Under the pieces are notes generated by a model, which worked only from the letters and a program-made list of their open reading frames with translations, ran no database searches and was not told where the DNA came from. Positions 1-8,315 of a DNA stretch of 52,647 nt are shown here, one piece after another. How positions within the stretch are numbered: position 1 is the first letter of the stretch; every line of letters starts with the position of its first letter. Source of the DNA: a virus (taxonomy: Duplodnaviria; Caudoviricetes). The position numbers and the translations under genes are program-made. The stretch covers positions 1 to 52,647 of the IMG/VR virus record IMGVR_UViG_3300049846_001015. One strand, given 5' to 3'.

Positions 1-2
1 GA

Positions 3-209
3 CTAACGGAGGGATGGGGGGATTTCCCAGCTAGGGTAGAAAAACGCCCATCTCCTGTCCCCAATGCTGGCTCTTTTCCGTATGAAAGCTTCCGTCTTAT
101 CCGGTTCTGAGAAGATAAGCTGAGTGTGCAGGCCAGGGCGGTCAACGTAATCCTGGAAGAAGGCGACGGCAAGATTTGGAGGCAATTTGTAGGCTGTCGG
201 GAGTCGCAT
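3..209 (-). CDS. small hypothetical protein
   Basis: 68-aa ORF with ATG start, on the same strand as all neighbours; no recognisable motif. Confidence 0.4.
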   Translation of the reverse strand: MRLPTAYKLPPNLAVAFFQDYVDRPGLHTQLIFSEPDKTEAFIRKRASIGDRRWAFFYPSWEIPPSLR

Positions 210-273
210 AAACCCATTTCACTGTGAAAAAATTGAAACGAAAAACCTCAAAAACGTGGGGAAAACGCGATTT

Positions 274-426
274 CTAACCGGCGTCGGTTATTCCTATACC
301 TATCTCGGCTTGCATCCAAATTTCATCCGGCCAAACCGGGCAAGCCAAATGAGTTCTGGATATTGTCGATGAATACGTTGGGAATCTGACTTCCGTTTCC
401 GGCGTGACGTGATTGGGAACCTTCAT
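274..426 (-). CDS. micro-ORF, 50 aa (MKVPNHVTPE...)
   Basis: Manual translation; ATGA overlap with the stop of 423..608. Confidence 0.35.
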   Translation of the reverse strand: MKVPNHVTPETEVRFPTYSSTISRTHLACPVWPDEIWMQAEIGIGITDAG

Positions 427-608
427 CTCAAATCGTTCCTTGGGTTATGGAACCGGGGAAACCGGGATCTCCAAGGATAGTCTTTTCCCTGAGCCCGGTC
501 ATAAAGGACCAACCCTTGGCACCCCACTTGAACAACCATAGCCTCCACTCCGAAGAACCGCGTTTTGAGACAATTGGGGATTTCGAAGCTTTGAAGTCTT
601 AATTTCAT
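423..608 (-). CDS. small hypothetical protein, 61 aa
   Basis: TAATG-coupled to the upstream micro-ORF and ATGA-coupled to the downstream one. Confidence 0.4.
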   Translation of the reverse strand: MKLRLQSFEIPNCLKTRFFGVEAMVVQVGCQGLVLYDRAQGKDYPWRSRFPRFHNPRNDLR

Positions 609-739
609 TAGTAGATTCGGCTCCTACGTTGAAATAAGAAAACCTTGGGGAAGCGGTAATTCGCTGAGAACCGAGGAGAGACCCTGGCGGTCAGAATATC
701 AAACTCGTTTATGGGGAAAGAGCGGTCTTTAAGTCTCAT
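608..739 (-). CDS. micro-ORF, 43 aa (MRLKDRSFP...)
   Basis: Manual translation; stop overlaps the next start (TAATG). Confidence 0.35.
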   Translation of the reverse strand: MRLKDRSFPINEFDILTARVSPRFSANYRFPKVFLFQRRSRIY

Positions 740-893
740 TTCCGTACAACCAGTCTCTCGGGTGGAATTTTAGGGAGGGGGGTTCCGCCCTAAAGAAGTA
801 ACACAACTGAACGCATCGGATACAGATAAACTCTGGTTTGGAAATCCCCGCCCGCATTTTTGCTATTTTCGGTCGGAACCCCGGCATCCTCAT
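729..893 (-). CDS. micro-ORF, 54 aa (MRMPGFRPK...)
   Basis: Manual translation; ATGA overlap with the stop of 890..1318, GGAG upstream. Confidence 0.35.
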   Translation of the reverse strand: MRMPGFRPKIAKMRAGISKPEFICIRCVQLCYFFRAEPPSLKFHPRDWLYGNET

Positions 894-1318
894 TGTTCTC
901 CTCCAGCAAGTTTCTCCTGGAGAAGCGAGATGTAGGTAGCGACGATTTCCTGGAATTCCTGCTTAACCTCGTTGGGACCATCGCAGATGAACTCAGCGAA
1001 ATTCTCGTTTAGCTGATAGGCGAAAACCAGAGAACTTCTCCAGAGAAACCGGACGAATGGGCGTTCTGGAACCGGCTTAGTCTGAACGATTCCCGTAGCC
1101 CCCCGAGACTTGAACATCTCGACAAGGGCTTCGACATAGAGCATCGGAACTTCCACGGAAACTCCCTCTTTGTGTAGGTAGTGGATGGCGGCGGTGGTGA
1201 TGAGATCACAGATTTTCGTCGGAGAAATCATCCCCCGAATTTCCGATTCCTTCCGATACTGCTCCCATAGCCAATCCGGCATCCAAACTGACCGTTTCCT
1301 CGCCCCCATTTGGCGCAT
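890..1318 (-). CDS. hypothetical protein with ribbon-helix-helix-like N-terminus
   Basis: GAGGA upstream of ATG 1318; RKRSVWMPDWLWEQYRKES..ICDLITTAAIHYL resembles the RHH pattern. Confidence 0.5.
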   Translation of the reverse strand: MRQMGARKRSVWMPDWLWEQYRKESEIRGMISPTKICDLITTAAIHYLHKEGVSVEVPMLYVEALVEMFKSRGATGIVQTKPVPERPFVRFLWRSSLVFAYQLNENFAEFICDGPNEVKQEFQEIVATYISLLQEKLAGGEQ

Positions 1319-2036
1319 CGCTTGTATCCTCAATAACAGCCAATTTGACTCCAAACATACGCTCGATTCGGGAGATCCACTCCTTCAAGGAAATCACCCT
1401 GGAAGCTTCTTTCAGATCGTTCCCGCAAACGAAATCCGCGCAGATGTACTCCAACTGCAATCCCGGAATCTCCGAGCCCGTAGCCTCCTTGGCAATCGTC
1501 ATGGCTTGATCGCAGACTTCGGTTTGCAGGGGGGTCAGGGGAACGGAGAATTTCTTTTGCCGCTCTTTGGTCTCCGGTGTTCCCCGGAGTTCCTTCACCC
1601 ACTGGGTAATCTCTTTCTGAGTCATCCCACGGGCTTTCTCCAGGTAATCGGCGGCGTTCTCCCGGTTGATTACCGGAACCAAGGCCCGCAGATGGAACCA
1701 CGGAACGTCGGCTATATCCTCCGGTTGATAACCGAGGTTGACAACGTAGGTCTCGTAAACCCCGATCAGAGCGGCGCTGGTAGACTTGCCGTATCCGAAT
1801 TCCGAATGAATGTACTCGTCGAAGGACGCAAATCCAGATCCGTCGGCCTTGGAGAGTTCTCGCCAGTATTCCTCTTTTCGAATCTCAAACCACGCTGTAG
1901 CCAGCATGATTTTAGCCTTGTCGCCCATGCCCTTAATGGCTTTGGCGAAATCGAGCACGGCGCGGGGGCGGGCCTCGGCTGAAACTTGAGTCGGGTAGGC
2001 AATCGAAATTTCGTTAATCATCGCTTGATTCTCCAA
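1206..2036 (-). CDS. hypothetical protein, probably DNA-binding, helical
   Basis: 276-aa ORF; FASFDEYIHSEFGYGKSTSAALI is HTH-like. Confidence 0.65.
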   Translation of the reverse strand: MENQAMINEISIAYPTQVSAEARPRAVLDFAKAIKGMGDKAKIMLATAWFEIRKEEYWRELSKADGSGFASFDEYIHSEFGYGKSTSAALIGVYETYVVNLGYQPEDIADVPWFHLRALVPVINRENAADYLEKARGMTQKEITQWVKELRGTPETKERQKKFSVPLTPLQTEVCDQAMTIAKEATGSEIPGLQLEYICADFVCGNDLKEASRVISLKEWISRIERMFGVKLAVIEDTSDAPNGGEETVSLDAGLAMGAVSEGIGNSGDDFSDENL

Positions 2037-2180
2037 AAAAGACGGTGTGAATAGTGTGAGGGACAGGCTACAGTTCCTAGACCGCGAAATTGAATAGCGG
2101 TTAGATATTGAACTGCGTAGGCAGGAAGACAGACAGGAAGATCGAGGAACTTGAGCGGAATAGGATCAATCGGCTCGTTT

Positions 2181-2546
2181 TTATCGAGAACCACGCAATT
2201 TCTCCAGGATCTCTATTACGAAGTCGGGGCGGTCTTGAACGGTGAAAGCGGGAAAGTATAGCCCTCTCCAGCCTAAGAGTACGAGGGCATTGTGCTTTTG
2301 CCAATCTCGGATAGCGCCTTTCCCTGAATGCCCGTAACCGTGTCCTTGAACTTCTATGAAAATCTTGTCGGGGAAACTGAAATCAAGTCGCCAGTCCTTG
2401 TAGCCGGATTTGGCTAGTCGATCTCGCAATCCCGGACCAGAACCGACCATCTCTGCAAAAACACGGTGCTGCGGAGTGAATAATATATTACGCTCGTTAA
2501 GAGCGGAAGCAAGGGATTCTTCGGCGGTTTTTTTCGTTTTTTTCAT
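2181..2546 (-). CDS. Vsr/DUF559-like endonuclease
   Basis: WRLDFSFP..IFIEVQG..H...RDWQKHNAL.LLGWR motif. Confidence 0.75.
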   Translation of the reverse strand: MKKTKKTAEESLASALNERNILFTPQHRVFAEMVGSGPGLRDRLAKSGYKDWRLDFSFPDKIFIEVQGHGYGHSGKGAIRDWQKHNALVLLGWRGLYFPAFTVQDRPDFVIEILEKLRGSR

Positions 2547-2728
2547 GCTGGAGGGAACAAGCCTTGGCTATACCAAACGTTGTCGAGGATAGGATTACCG
2601 ATGGCGCGGGATATTGCTCCGTAAGGTCCAATGCCGAACCACGCAAATATTACGGCATCAAATTCCGAGAGACCCGAGAACGAATTGAGATCCTGAACTT
2701 CGAAATCCAGATGCTTTACTCTAGACAT
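2543..2728 (-). CDS. FAGYxEFD micro-protein array member 15
   Basis: Core SFSGLSEFDAVIFAW. Confidence 0.7.
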   Translation of the reverse strand: MSRVKHLDFEVQDLNSFSGLSEFDAVIFAWFGIGPYGAISRAIGNPILDNVWYSQGLFPPA

Positions 2729-2879
2729 ACTTAGTCCTCAGTAAAAAGGACAGCAAAGGTGGGAGTCGGGCCGCCGCAGGGTATACCAGAAACGGAACGA
2801 TGAAATCGTCGCATTCGCAATATCCGGCAAAAAATCGGATAGGAGTAGAGATGGAGAATTCGGGAAGATCAAGACGCAT
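2721..2879 (-). CDS. array member 14
   Basis: Manual translation; core FFAGYCECDDFIVPF. Confidence 0.7.
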   Translation of the reverse strand: MRLDLPEFSISTPIRFFAGYCECDDFIVPFLVYPAAARLPPLLSFLLRTKYV

Positions 2880-3024
2880 AGTATTTTGCCAAAATGCCCA
2901 CGAAAGAAACCCACTGAGCTCCGGGTGAAATCATAAATGGGACAATAAACGAGTCGTATTGGGAATATCCGGCGAAGCGGCGTTTTTCTATCCTAGCGTA
3001 TAAGCTAGGCGATTCAATTCTCAA
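2869..3024 (-). CDS. array member 13 (TTG start uncertain)
   Basis: Manual translation; core RFAGYSQYDSFIVPF. Confidence 0.65.
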   Translation of the reverse strand: MRIESPSLYARIEKRRFAGYSQYDSFIVPFMISPGAQWVSFVGILAKYYAS

Positions 3025-3208
3025 AGGTTACCTCCGAAAACTTGCTTCTCAAAGCGTAGGGGCATCCGTCCGAATGGAAGAACGCCGCGAAAATCACCCC
3101 GTCCATCTGATCGTACCCTTTCAAAGAAGCCCGAAGAGAACCTAGCCAATTTTTAGCTAGTCCGTGACACTTAAACCAATATCTGGTGCTTGGGTTTCCT
3201 ATTACCAT
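3014..3208 (-). CDS. array member 12
   Basis: Core SLKGYDQMDGVIFAA. Confidence 0.7.
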   Translation of the reverse strand: MVIGNPSTRYWFKCHGLAKNWLGSLRASLKGYDQMDGVIFAAFFHSDGCPYALRSKFSEVTFEN

Positions 3209-3357
3209 ACGTCAAGATTGATAGCTCTGGGTAATCCGTTGAAGTCAAAGAACGCAACCGCGAGAACCCGGTCGAATGCGTGGTGCCCCGCGAATTTCGT
3301 CACGAATTCATCCGTGCCCCATAGCGGAATTAGGGGGAGCCGAGAGTTTATCACCAT
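3202..3357 (-). CDS. array member 11
   Basis: Manual translation; core KFAGHHAFDRVLAVA. Confidence 0.7.
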   Translation of the reverse strand: MVINSRLPLIPLWGTDEFVTKFAGHHAFDRVLAVAFFDFNGLPRAINLDVW

Positions 3358-3360
3358 TTT

Positions 3361-3552
3361 TCACCGTTGATACATGAGATACCGCCCCACCGGACCAATA
3401 GTTGTGAACATGCAAGAAAAGATCCCGGAAGATAAGGGGGATTGGTTAAACGGAGCTATAACAGTATCGAATTCTCTATAACCTGCGAAATTTTGACCGA
3501 TCAAAGCCCACTCCCCCCAACCGGGGCCGATGTTAGTAGTTTGAAGTATCAT
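3361..3552 (-). CDS. array member 10
   Basis: Core NFAGYREFDTVIAPF. Confidence 0.75.
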   Translation of the reverse strand: MILQTTNIGPGWGEWALIGQNFAGYREFDTVIAPFNQSPLSSGIFSCMFTTIGPVGRYLMYQR

Positions 3553-3706
3553 AGATAAATCTGGTACTCCTGGCTTTTAGATCAAGTGGTTCGTAAGGGC
3601 TTGTGAGGACTGGATCAAACTCGTAGTCGCCCGCGAAAACACCATAAAAGCTGCGGGGGAAGAAGCGGTTTCGAATAATTTCCAAAGGTGAAACTGGGAG
3701 TTTCAT
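3533..3706 (-). CDS. array member 9
   Basis: Manual translation; core VFAGDYEFDPVLTSP. Confidence 0.7.
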   Translation of the reverse strand: MKLPVSPLEIIRNRFFPRSFYGVFAGDYEFDPVLTSPYEPLDLKARSTRFIYDTSNY

Positions 3707-3720
3707 GTTCAACTCGCAAG

Positions 3721-3915
3721 TTAATCTCGGTCAAACCAAAAGCAGTTATCCGGGACGCCGGGAAACGCGGACAGTAGATTATTGGGGATGTGCATAACAT
3801 GAGGTTGCCGGAGGAAGTTCACGATAATTTCGTCTAGATCCGCGAAACCCGCAAACATTGCGCAGTTAATCACGCACTTTTCGATAACTCGAAATCTTTG
3901 CCTCGGAAGATTCAT
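3721..3915 (-). CDS. array member 8
   Basis: Core MFAGFADLDEIIVNF. Confidence 0.7.
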   Translation of the reverse strand: MNLPRQRFRVIEKCVINCAMFAGFADLDEIIVNFLRQPHVMHIPNNLLSAFPGVPDNCFWFDRD

Positions 3916-4073
3916 GCTTCCCCCATAATCGCTTTTTCTATCATAAACGAAGGCATAGCCGCAACTGGACGATGAAATCGAAATGGAATGATAAACGAAT
4001 CACACTGAGCGTACCCGGCAAAAAAGTCGAGAGCGAGGAAATCATCCTCAGCCAACGGACACGGGAGGATCAT
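3912..4073 (-). CDS. array member 7
   Basis: Manual translation; core FFAGYAQCDSFIIPF; AAGGAG RBS; ATGA overlaps at both ends. Confidence 0.75.
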   Translation of the reverse strand: MILPCPLAEDDFLALDFFAGYAQCDSFIIPFRFHRPVAAMPSFMIEKAIMGEA

Positions 4074-4204
4074 GTTATCTCCTTAAAAATGCAACTACCG
4101 GCGCAGTCCGCCCAAATAACGCGGTCGAAATCGTAATACCCTACGAGAAGAAAAAACAAGTCCAGATTCAATTCCGTCGGTAAATCTTGGGATTCGACTT
4201 TCAC
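4070..4204 (-). CDS. array member 6
   Basis: Manual translation from GTG; core LLVGYYDFDRVIWAD. Confidence 0.65.
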   Translation of the reverse strand: MKVESQDLPTELNLDLFFLLVGYYDFDRVIWADCAGSCIFKEIT

Positions 4205-4209
4205 TCAGG

Positions 4210-4380
4210 CTACTCCGCATAATAATTTGGCTTGAGGCCGAACCACCAAGCGGCCTCGGCCCTTGCTCCTACGAAGGGGATCATAACCCAATCGAACTCA
4301 GCGAATCCGGCGAAGTTCTTGAAAGCGAGTACCGCAGCGTAGGCAGAGCAGGGGGTTTCCATCAACGGGAGAGCAGCCAT
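4210..4380 (-). CDS. array member 5
   Basis: Manual translation; core NFAGFAEFDWVMIPF. Confidence 0.7.
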   Translation of the reverse strand: MAALPLMETPCSAYAAVLAFKNFAGFAEFDWVMIPFVGARAEAAWWFGLKPNYYAE

Positions 4381-4538
4381 ATTTTTCCTTCGAATAGGAA
4401 ACTAACACAGGTATCAATGTCGGTGGGAGAGATCCCGTTAGGAATGTACGCGGCAAAAATAACGGAATCGAATTCTTGCCGCCCCTTGAACTTGCCATAA
4501 TACGGCACAATAGCAAACTTGTCTCGTCTAAGAATCAC
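4362..4538 (-). CDS. array member 4
   Basis: Manual translation from GTG; core KFKGRQEFDSVIFAA. Confidence 0.7.
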   Translation of the reverse strand: MILRRDKFAIVPYYGKFKGRQEFDSVIFAAYIPNGISPTDIDTCVSFLFEGKIWLLSR

Positions 4539-4734
4539 TCCCGGCCTCCGGAAACTCAGGGGGAGAGAAGATCAAGTCCAAATTTCGCAGAGGGTCCGCG
4601 CCTACAATCATCCTTCCCCTCCCCAGTCCACAGAAAAATGACGCAAAAATCACCGAGTCACAATCAAGATACCCAGCGAACTTGGTGTATCCCGCGTAAG
4701 GGGGGCGGGCGGCGTTATAAGCTGGTAACAGCAT
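4528..4734 (-). CDS. array member 3
   Basis: AGGAG RBS before ATG 4734; core KFAGYLDCDSVIFAS. Confidence 0.75.
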   Translation of the reverse strand: MLLPAYNAARPPYAGYTKFAGYLDCDSVIFASFFCGLGRGRMIVGADPLRNLDLIFSPPEFPEAGSDS

Positions 4735-4757
4735 GATCTCTCCTAATTTCTGCGTTG

Positions 4758-4952
4758 TCAATCCCAAAGATCATAGTCGATGAATCGACTCGGAAGCGCT
4801 ATCGGGTCGCCGTGTCGATAAGGAGAGGCTATTGCGTAGTCGAACTCAAAATTCCCCGCGAACCTAAAGAAGTCCTTAAAAATCTCCCTCATTTGTAGAA
4901 CGCTCCCCGGAACCGTGGATCTCCGTTTCGAAAATTCAGGTTCTAGAAGCAT
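4758..4952 (-). CDS. array member 2
   Basis: Core RFAGNFEFDYAIASP. Confidence 0.7.
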   Translation of the reverse strand: MLLEPEFSKRRSTVPGSVLQMREIFKDFFRFAGNFEFDYAIASPYRHGDPIALPSRFIDYDLWD

Positions 4953-5128
4953 AATCTCCCACCGAAAGTAAAGTTTCGGGAGAACCCTGTCCTCGACACT
5001 CGGATTCGAGCCTCGGGGTCGTCATACAAAAACGGAATTATCGCCTCGTCGAACTCCGTGTACCCGACGAAATTCGCGATGGCGTTAATCTTGCCGCCGC
5101 CGTATTCAATGTTGCTAACGACTCTCAT
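4943..5128 (-). CDS. array member 1
   Basis: GGAG RBS before ATG 5128; core NFVGYTEFDEAIIPF. Confidence 0.75.
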   Translation of the reverse strand: MRVVSNIEYGGGKINAIANFVGYTEFDEAIIPFLYDDPEARIRVSRTGFSRNFTFGGRLCF

Positions 5129-5146
5129 AAATACTCCGAGAGACAC

Positions 5147-5181
5147 AAAAAACCCCGGCCAAGTAGGGGTCTTGGCCGGGG
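5147..5181 (-). terminator. Rho-independent terminator
   Basis: 11-bp perfect stem CCCCGGCCAAG/CTTGGCCGGGG followed by a T6 run on the minus strand, downstream of 5221..5691. Confidence 0.8.
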
Positions 5182-5220
5182 GAGAGACTGCCGAAGTCCT
5201 AAGGACTACCGGCTTCCGGG

Positions 5221-5691
5221 CTAGTCGCGAGCACGCCGTTCGGCCTGTTCCTCGGCGTCCCAGTTTCGTTGGATCACAACCGCGCAGGTCATCTCGCCCT
5301 TGTAGACGTGATTCCCGTGCTCCGGGTGGGTCAACTCGGCTTGGCCGTTGGCGGTTTGGAACACCGGCCCGATGTAAGTCGGGTTGATATTCGCGCCGTT
5401 GGCTTGCCGGATCAACTCGACCACGCTGTCCGGGTCGCAGTCGTAGATGTTCCCGGTGCTCAGGACGTGGCGGGAACCCTGAGTGTCCCCTTCCGCCACT
5501 TGCCGGTTGGCCCGGACTTTCGCCTTCGCAGGCAAGCGGGGGATACGAACGACGATCACGTCGCCTTGATCCACAGCTTCCCCGATGCCCAACTGAGCCT
5601 CGGTGAACTCCACCGGCGCGTCGTTGTGCATCTTTTCGTGGTCTCCCGTAACTCGCGGGATGATCCGTTCTTTCGTCACTTCTTGAAGCAT
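5221..5691 (-). CDS. conserved QGD/H-x-E-H protein (typical DUF6745 neighbour)
   Basis: QGDV...AEGDTQGSRH...LTHPEHG motifs; GGAGG RBS. Confidence 0.7.
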   Translation of the reverse strand: MLQEVTKERIIPRVTGDHEKMHNDAPVEFTEAQLGIGEAVDQGDVIVVRIPRLPAKAKVRANRQVAEGDTQGSRHVLSTGNIYDCDPDSVVELIRQANGANINPTYIGPVFQTANGQAELTHPEHGNHVYKGEMTCAVVIQRNWDAEEQAERRARD

Positions 5692-5765
5692 TCTAGCCTC
5701 CAGTACAAAAATCGAGAGCAATTAGAACGGTTTACTCTCCCACACCGTATTCGAAAAAGCCTTCC

Positions 5766-6830
5766 CTAGCTACGATGGATGGTGAAACGGTCGAGACCGT
5801 GACTCATCCAATCTTGTGCCGCCTGACAACTGTTGATTGTCATGGGCACTCCTAACGCATAGCGACGACCAGTGGAGGGATCGCTACAACAAAAGCGGCG
5901 GGTATCGGAATTCCGCATCTTGTACAGCACTTCCTCTTGGGCGTCCCGGTCATTGGTGCGGGAGTCAACGACTTCCGCGCCAGATTCCCGAAGATATCGT
6001 TCCCAACCGAACCGCTCGATCCGAATCCGACGGCGTTCTTCGTCCCGCTCCCGTTCAATCTGCTCGATTGTCTGAGTCTCGGGACGCATCACAATCTGCT
6101 CGTCCACCTCAACGCCGTGGATGGAGTAGAACTTGTGACCGTCGGCGTATGCCATCGCGGGACCGTCCTCGCAATGCAAACGGTAGTTGTCCGAACCGGG
6201 GGTCTTTTCGATCTTCCGCGTGGTGGCCCGTTCGCAGAAAATCACGAATTCCGTGTCGTCGAACCGGGGACCGCCGTTCAAGCAGAGACGCTCGTAAGCG
6301 TCGTACTTCTCCGGCTCGTTCGGCTGAACTCCCTTGATATCCCGGAGGAAGCTCATGTAGCAGCAATGGAATCCCCACTCGCTGCCACCGTTGTACCAAT
6401 CCGGCCACCGCTGGCGGCACTTTTCCGCGTCGGAGTCGATCTTGTAGCCCGACTTCGGGAAAGTTTCCTTAATGAAATTGTTGGCCCATTCCAAGCCAGC
6501 TTTCCACGCCTTGTCCGGCGAGCAATCCCGGATATGCTCCAGCAAGCCGGGGGCGATGTTGGGGCATTCCCCGAATCGCCCGTCCTTGCCGAACTTCTCG
6601 TACATTGCCACGCTAATCGCGGTGACCACGATCCCGATCATCGCCGAAGGGGCGTAGAGGATCACTTCCGGACCGTCGTATCCGGCAGCTTTGTGGTAGT
6701 CGCGAATGGCTTTCGCGCACTCTTCCTTGTTGATCGGCTCGGTGGAAAGGATCACGTCGATCCACTTTTGGTTCCACCCCGGGAGAATGTCACGTTCTTC
6801 TTCCGGCGTAATTCGAATCTCGTCGCTCAT
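5766..6830 (-). CDS. DUF6745-like protein
   Basis: RLHCEDGPAMAYADG..YSIHGV..EERRRIRIERFGWERY..DPSTGRRYALGVP; AGGAG RBS. Confidence 0.75.
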   Translation of the reverse strand: MSDEIRITPEEERDILPGWNQKWIDVILSTEPINKEECAKAIRDYHKAAGYDGPEVILYAPSAMIGIVVTAISVAMYEKFGKDGRFGECPNIAPGLLEHIRDCSPDKAWKAGLEWANNFIKETFPKSGYKIDSDAEKCRQRWPDWYNGGSEWGFHCCYMSFLRDIKGVQPNEPEKYDAYERLCLNGGPRFDDTEFVIFCERATTRKIEKTPGSDNYRLHCEDGPAMAYADGHKFYSIHGVEVDEQIVMRPETQTIEQIERERDEERRRIRIERFGWERYLRESGAEVVDSRTNDRDAQEEVLYKMRNSDTRRFCCSDPSTGRRYALGVPMTINSCQAAQDWMSHGLDRFTIHRS

Positions 6831-6938
6831 TGTCTCTCCTGATCTTAATAGGGACTCTTAATGTTTCCCGGTACACCACAAGGATAGTCAATCAAATCGT
6901 AAAGGCAAGGAAAAAACCAAAAAAATCTCAAAAATCGC

Positions 6939-7691
6939 TTATTCGCAGGGGAAAACAACGAATTTCCGTTCCGGCTGCGCTTCGATTTGCTTGGCAACCC
7001 AAGCCTCAAAATCGCCGTCGAAGCTACCGGGGAACGTGCGATTTCGGATATGTCCCCAGCAATCCCGAGCGATGGATTTAGCGGTTTCCCACAGAGATTC
7101 CTCTCCGTGGTAGAAAAGAGTCCGGAAAGAGAAATCATCCCTATTGACGAGAATGAAGCAGGTTTCTTCCTTCTCAAGCAATTTCTGATAGACTGTTGCT
7201 TGCATACGATAGTCCACTGGGAGGGAATCCGGATGTTGCCACTCTTTGTAGTAGAATGAGTTGCAGACCTTGATTTCACCGTGGACTATGCCGTCAATCC
7301 CGAACTCTTGACCATGCAACAAACCATCGACTTTGCCCGAAAACCCAAAGTTCTGACAGAAAACTCGGGGTTCCTCCAATTGGGTTAGAACCTTTGAGCC
7401 GAATAGATGTTCCTGGATAATTCGGTGGACTACATTCCCAGTCTCTCCGTAAAGCCGCGATCTCCAGTTCTCCTTACGATGGCCCGGACTCCAATAGTCG
7501 ATGATCCAGGTGGGGATATTGATTTTGCCGAGGCCGGAAACCCACAAGCTCTTGATCGGCCAGGGATCTCCCTCTCGGTCGAAAGAATCCAGCTTGCGCT
7601 CGAGCGCCGCCGCCGTAATCTTTGAGCGAACCCTCTTCGGTTTTTCCTGCGAAGGGAGACCGCTACTGAACAGTTTTTCGAAGTTCATCAA
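6939..7691 (-). CDS. PD-(D/E)xK exonuclease (Cas4/RecB-like)
   Basis: G..VH..IQE, SGKVDG, EIK and Q..VY motifs. Confidence 0.75.
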   Translation of the reverse strand: MMNFEKLFSSGLPSQEKPKRVRSKITAAALERKLDSFDREGDPWPIKSLWVSGLGKINIPTWIIDYWSPGHRKENWRSRLYGETGNVVHRIIQEHLFGSKVLTQLEEPRVFCQNFGFSGKVDGLLHGQEFGIDGIVHGEIKVCNSFYYKEWQHPDSLPVDYRMQATVYQKLLEKEETCFILVNRDDFSFRTLFYHGEESLWETAKSIARDCWGHIRNRTFPGSFDGDFEAWVAKQIEAQPERKFVVFPCE

Positions 7692-8010
7692 AAACTCCTA
7701 ATGGTATTAGCACCCAAGTTTTCGGAGTGCCGAACTTCATAGAATGGAAAGTCACCGAGAAAGCGGGGTCTTTGTTCGTTTCCCTAGCCTCTTTCGTAAT
7801 CTTCCTCAGATCTGACTGTGCGATTCGGTAAGTCAGATGCTCGGTTTCTTTGGACTCCAAAAGAAAATCAGGGAGAACTACGTCTCCCTTACGATTATCC
7901 AAAGCCCCGCTGTTGGGGGTAGGAATTCCCCCAAGATTTTTCGCCAGTTCCTTCTCCGTCTTTGCCGCGCGTTCCTTGGGAGTTTTCTTGCTGCCTAGTT
8001 GTCCTCGCAT
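7663..8010 (-). CDS. Holliday junction resolvase-like PD-(D/E)xK nuclease
   Basis: EKELAK..GG..TPNSGA...KGDV....LLESK. Confidence 0.7.
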   Translation of the reverse strand: MRGQLGSKKTPKERAAKTEKELAKNLGGIPTPNSGALDNRKGDVVLPDFLLESKETEHLTYRIAQSDLRKITKEARETNKDPAFSVTFHSMKFGTPKTWVLIPLGVFDELRKTVQ

Positions 8011-8315
8011 TATAGTGGCCCTGTATCTTCTGTCGAACCTCTCTTTTTTCCCAAAAGCCGGTAGACCGTTTTTTCAAGCAAATCAATCAAGAAAATGAGA
8101 AGTAACGCGGGACCAAGAAATAGTCCTCCGAGCCGCAAAAAATGTCCCAAAGCATAGCCAAAGAGAAGATAGATGTCTAGCGGATTTCCCATACCCCGGA
8201 AGTCGAGCCCGACCCATCCGGAATAGAACCCGAGAAATATCCCAGAAAACCATCCGACTGCCGCCATACCGGAGATAGCCAGAAAGATTATGAGGACATC
8301 GAGAAGTCGCTTCAT
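8010..8315 (-). CDS. membrane protein
   Basis: Two long hydrophobic segments. Confidence 0.6.
   Translation of the reverse strand: MKRLLDVLIIFLAISGMAAVGWFSGIFLGFYSGWVGLDFRGMGNPLDIYLLFGYALGHFLRLGGLFLGPALLLIFLIDLLEKTVYRLLGKKRGSTEDTGPL

Noticed and set aside
769-794. TTTAGGG/CCCTAAA hairpin as a terminator or origin
   Set aside because: Short stem, no clear U-tract, and it lies within a plausible micro-ORF.
2543-5128. CRISPR array or DGR-type repeats as the cause of the ~170-bp periodicity
   Set aside because: No identical DNA repeats; conservation is in amino acids with synonymous variation; no cas or reverse transcriptase gene in the window.
6939-7691. Cas4 as part of a CRISPR system
   Set aside because: A solo PD-(D/E)xK nuclease next to a resolvase, lacking the four-Cys cluster, with no cas1 or array.
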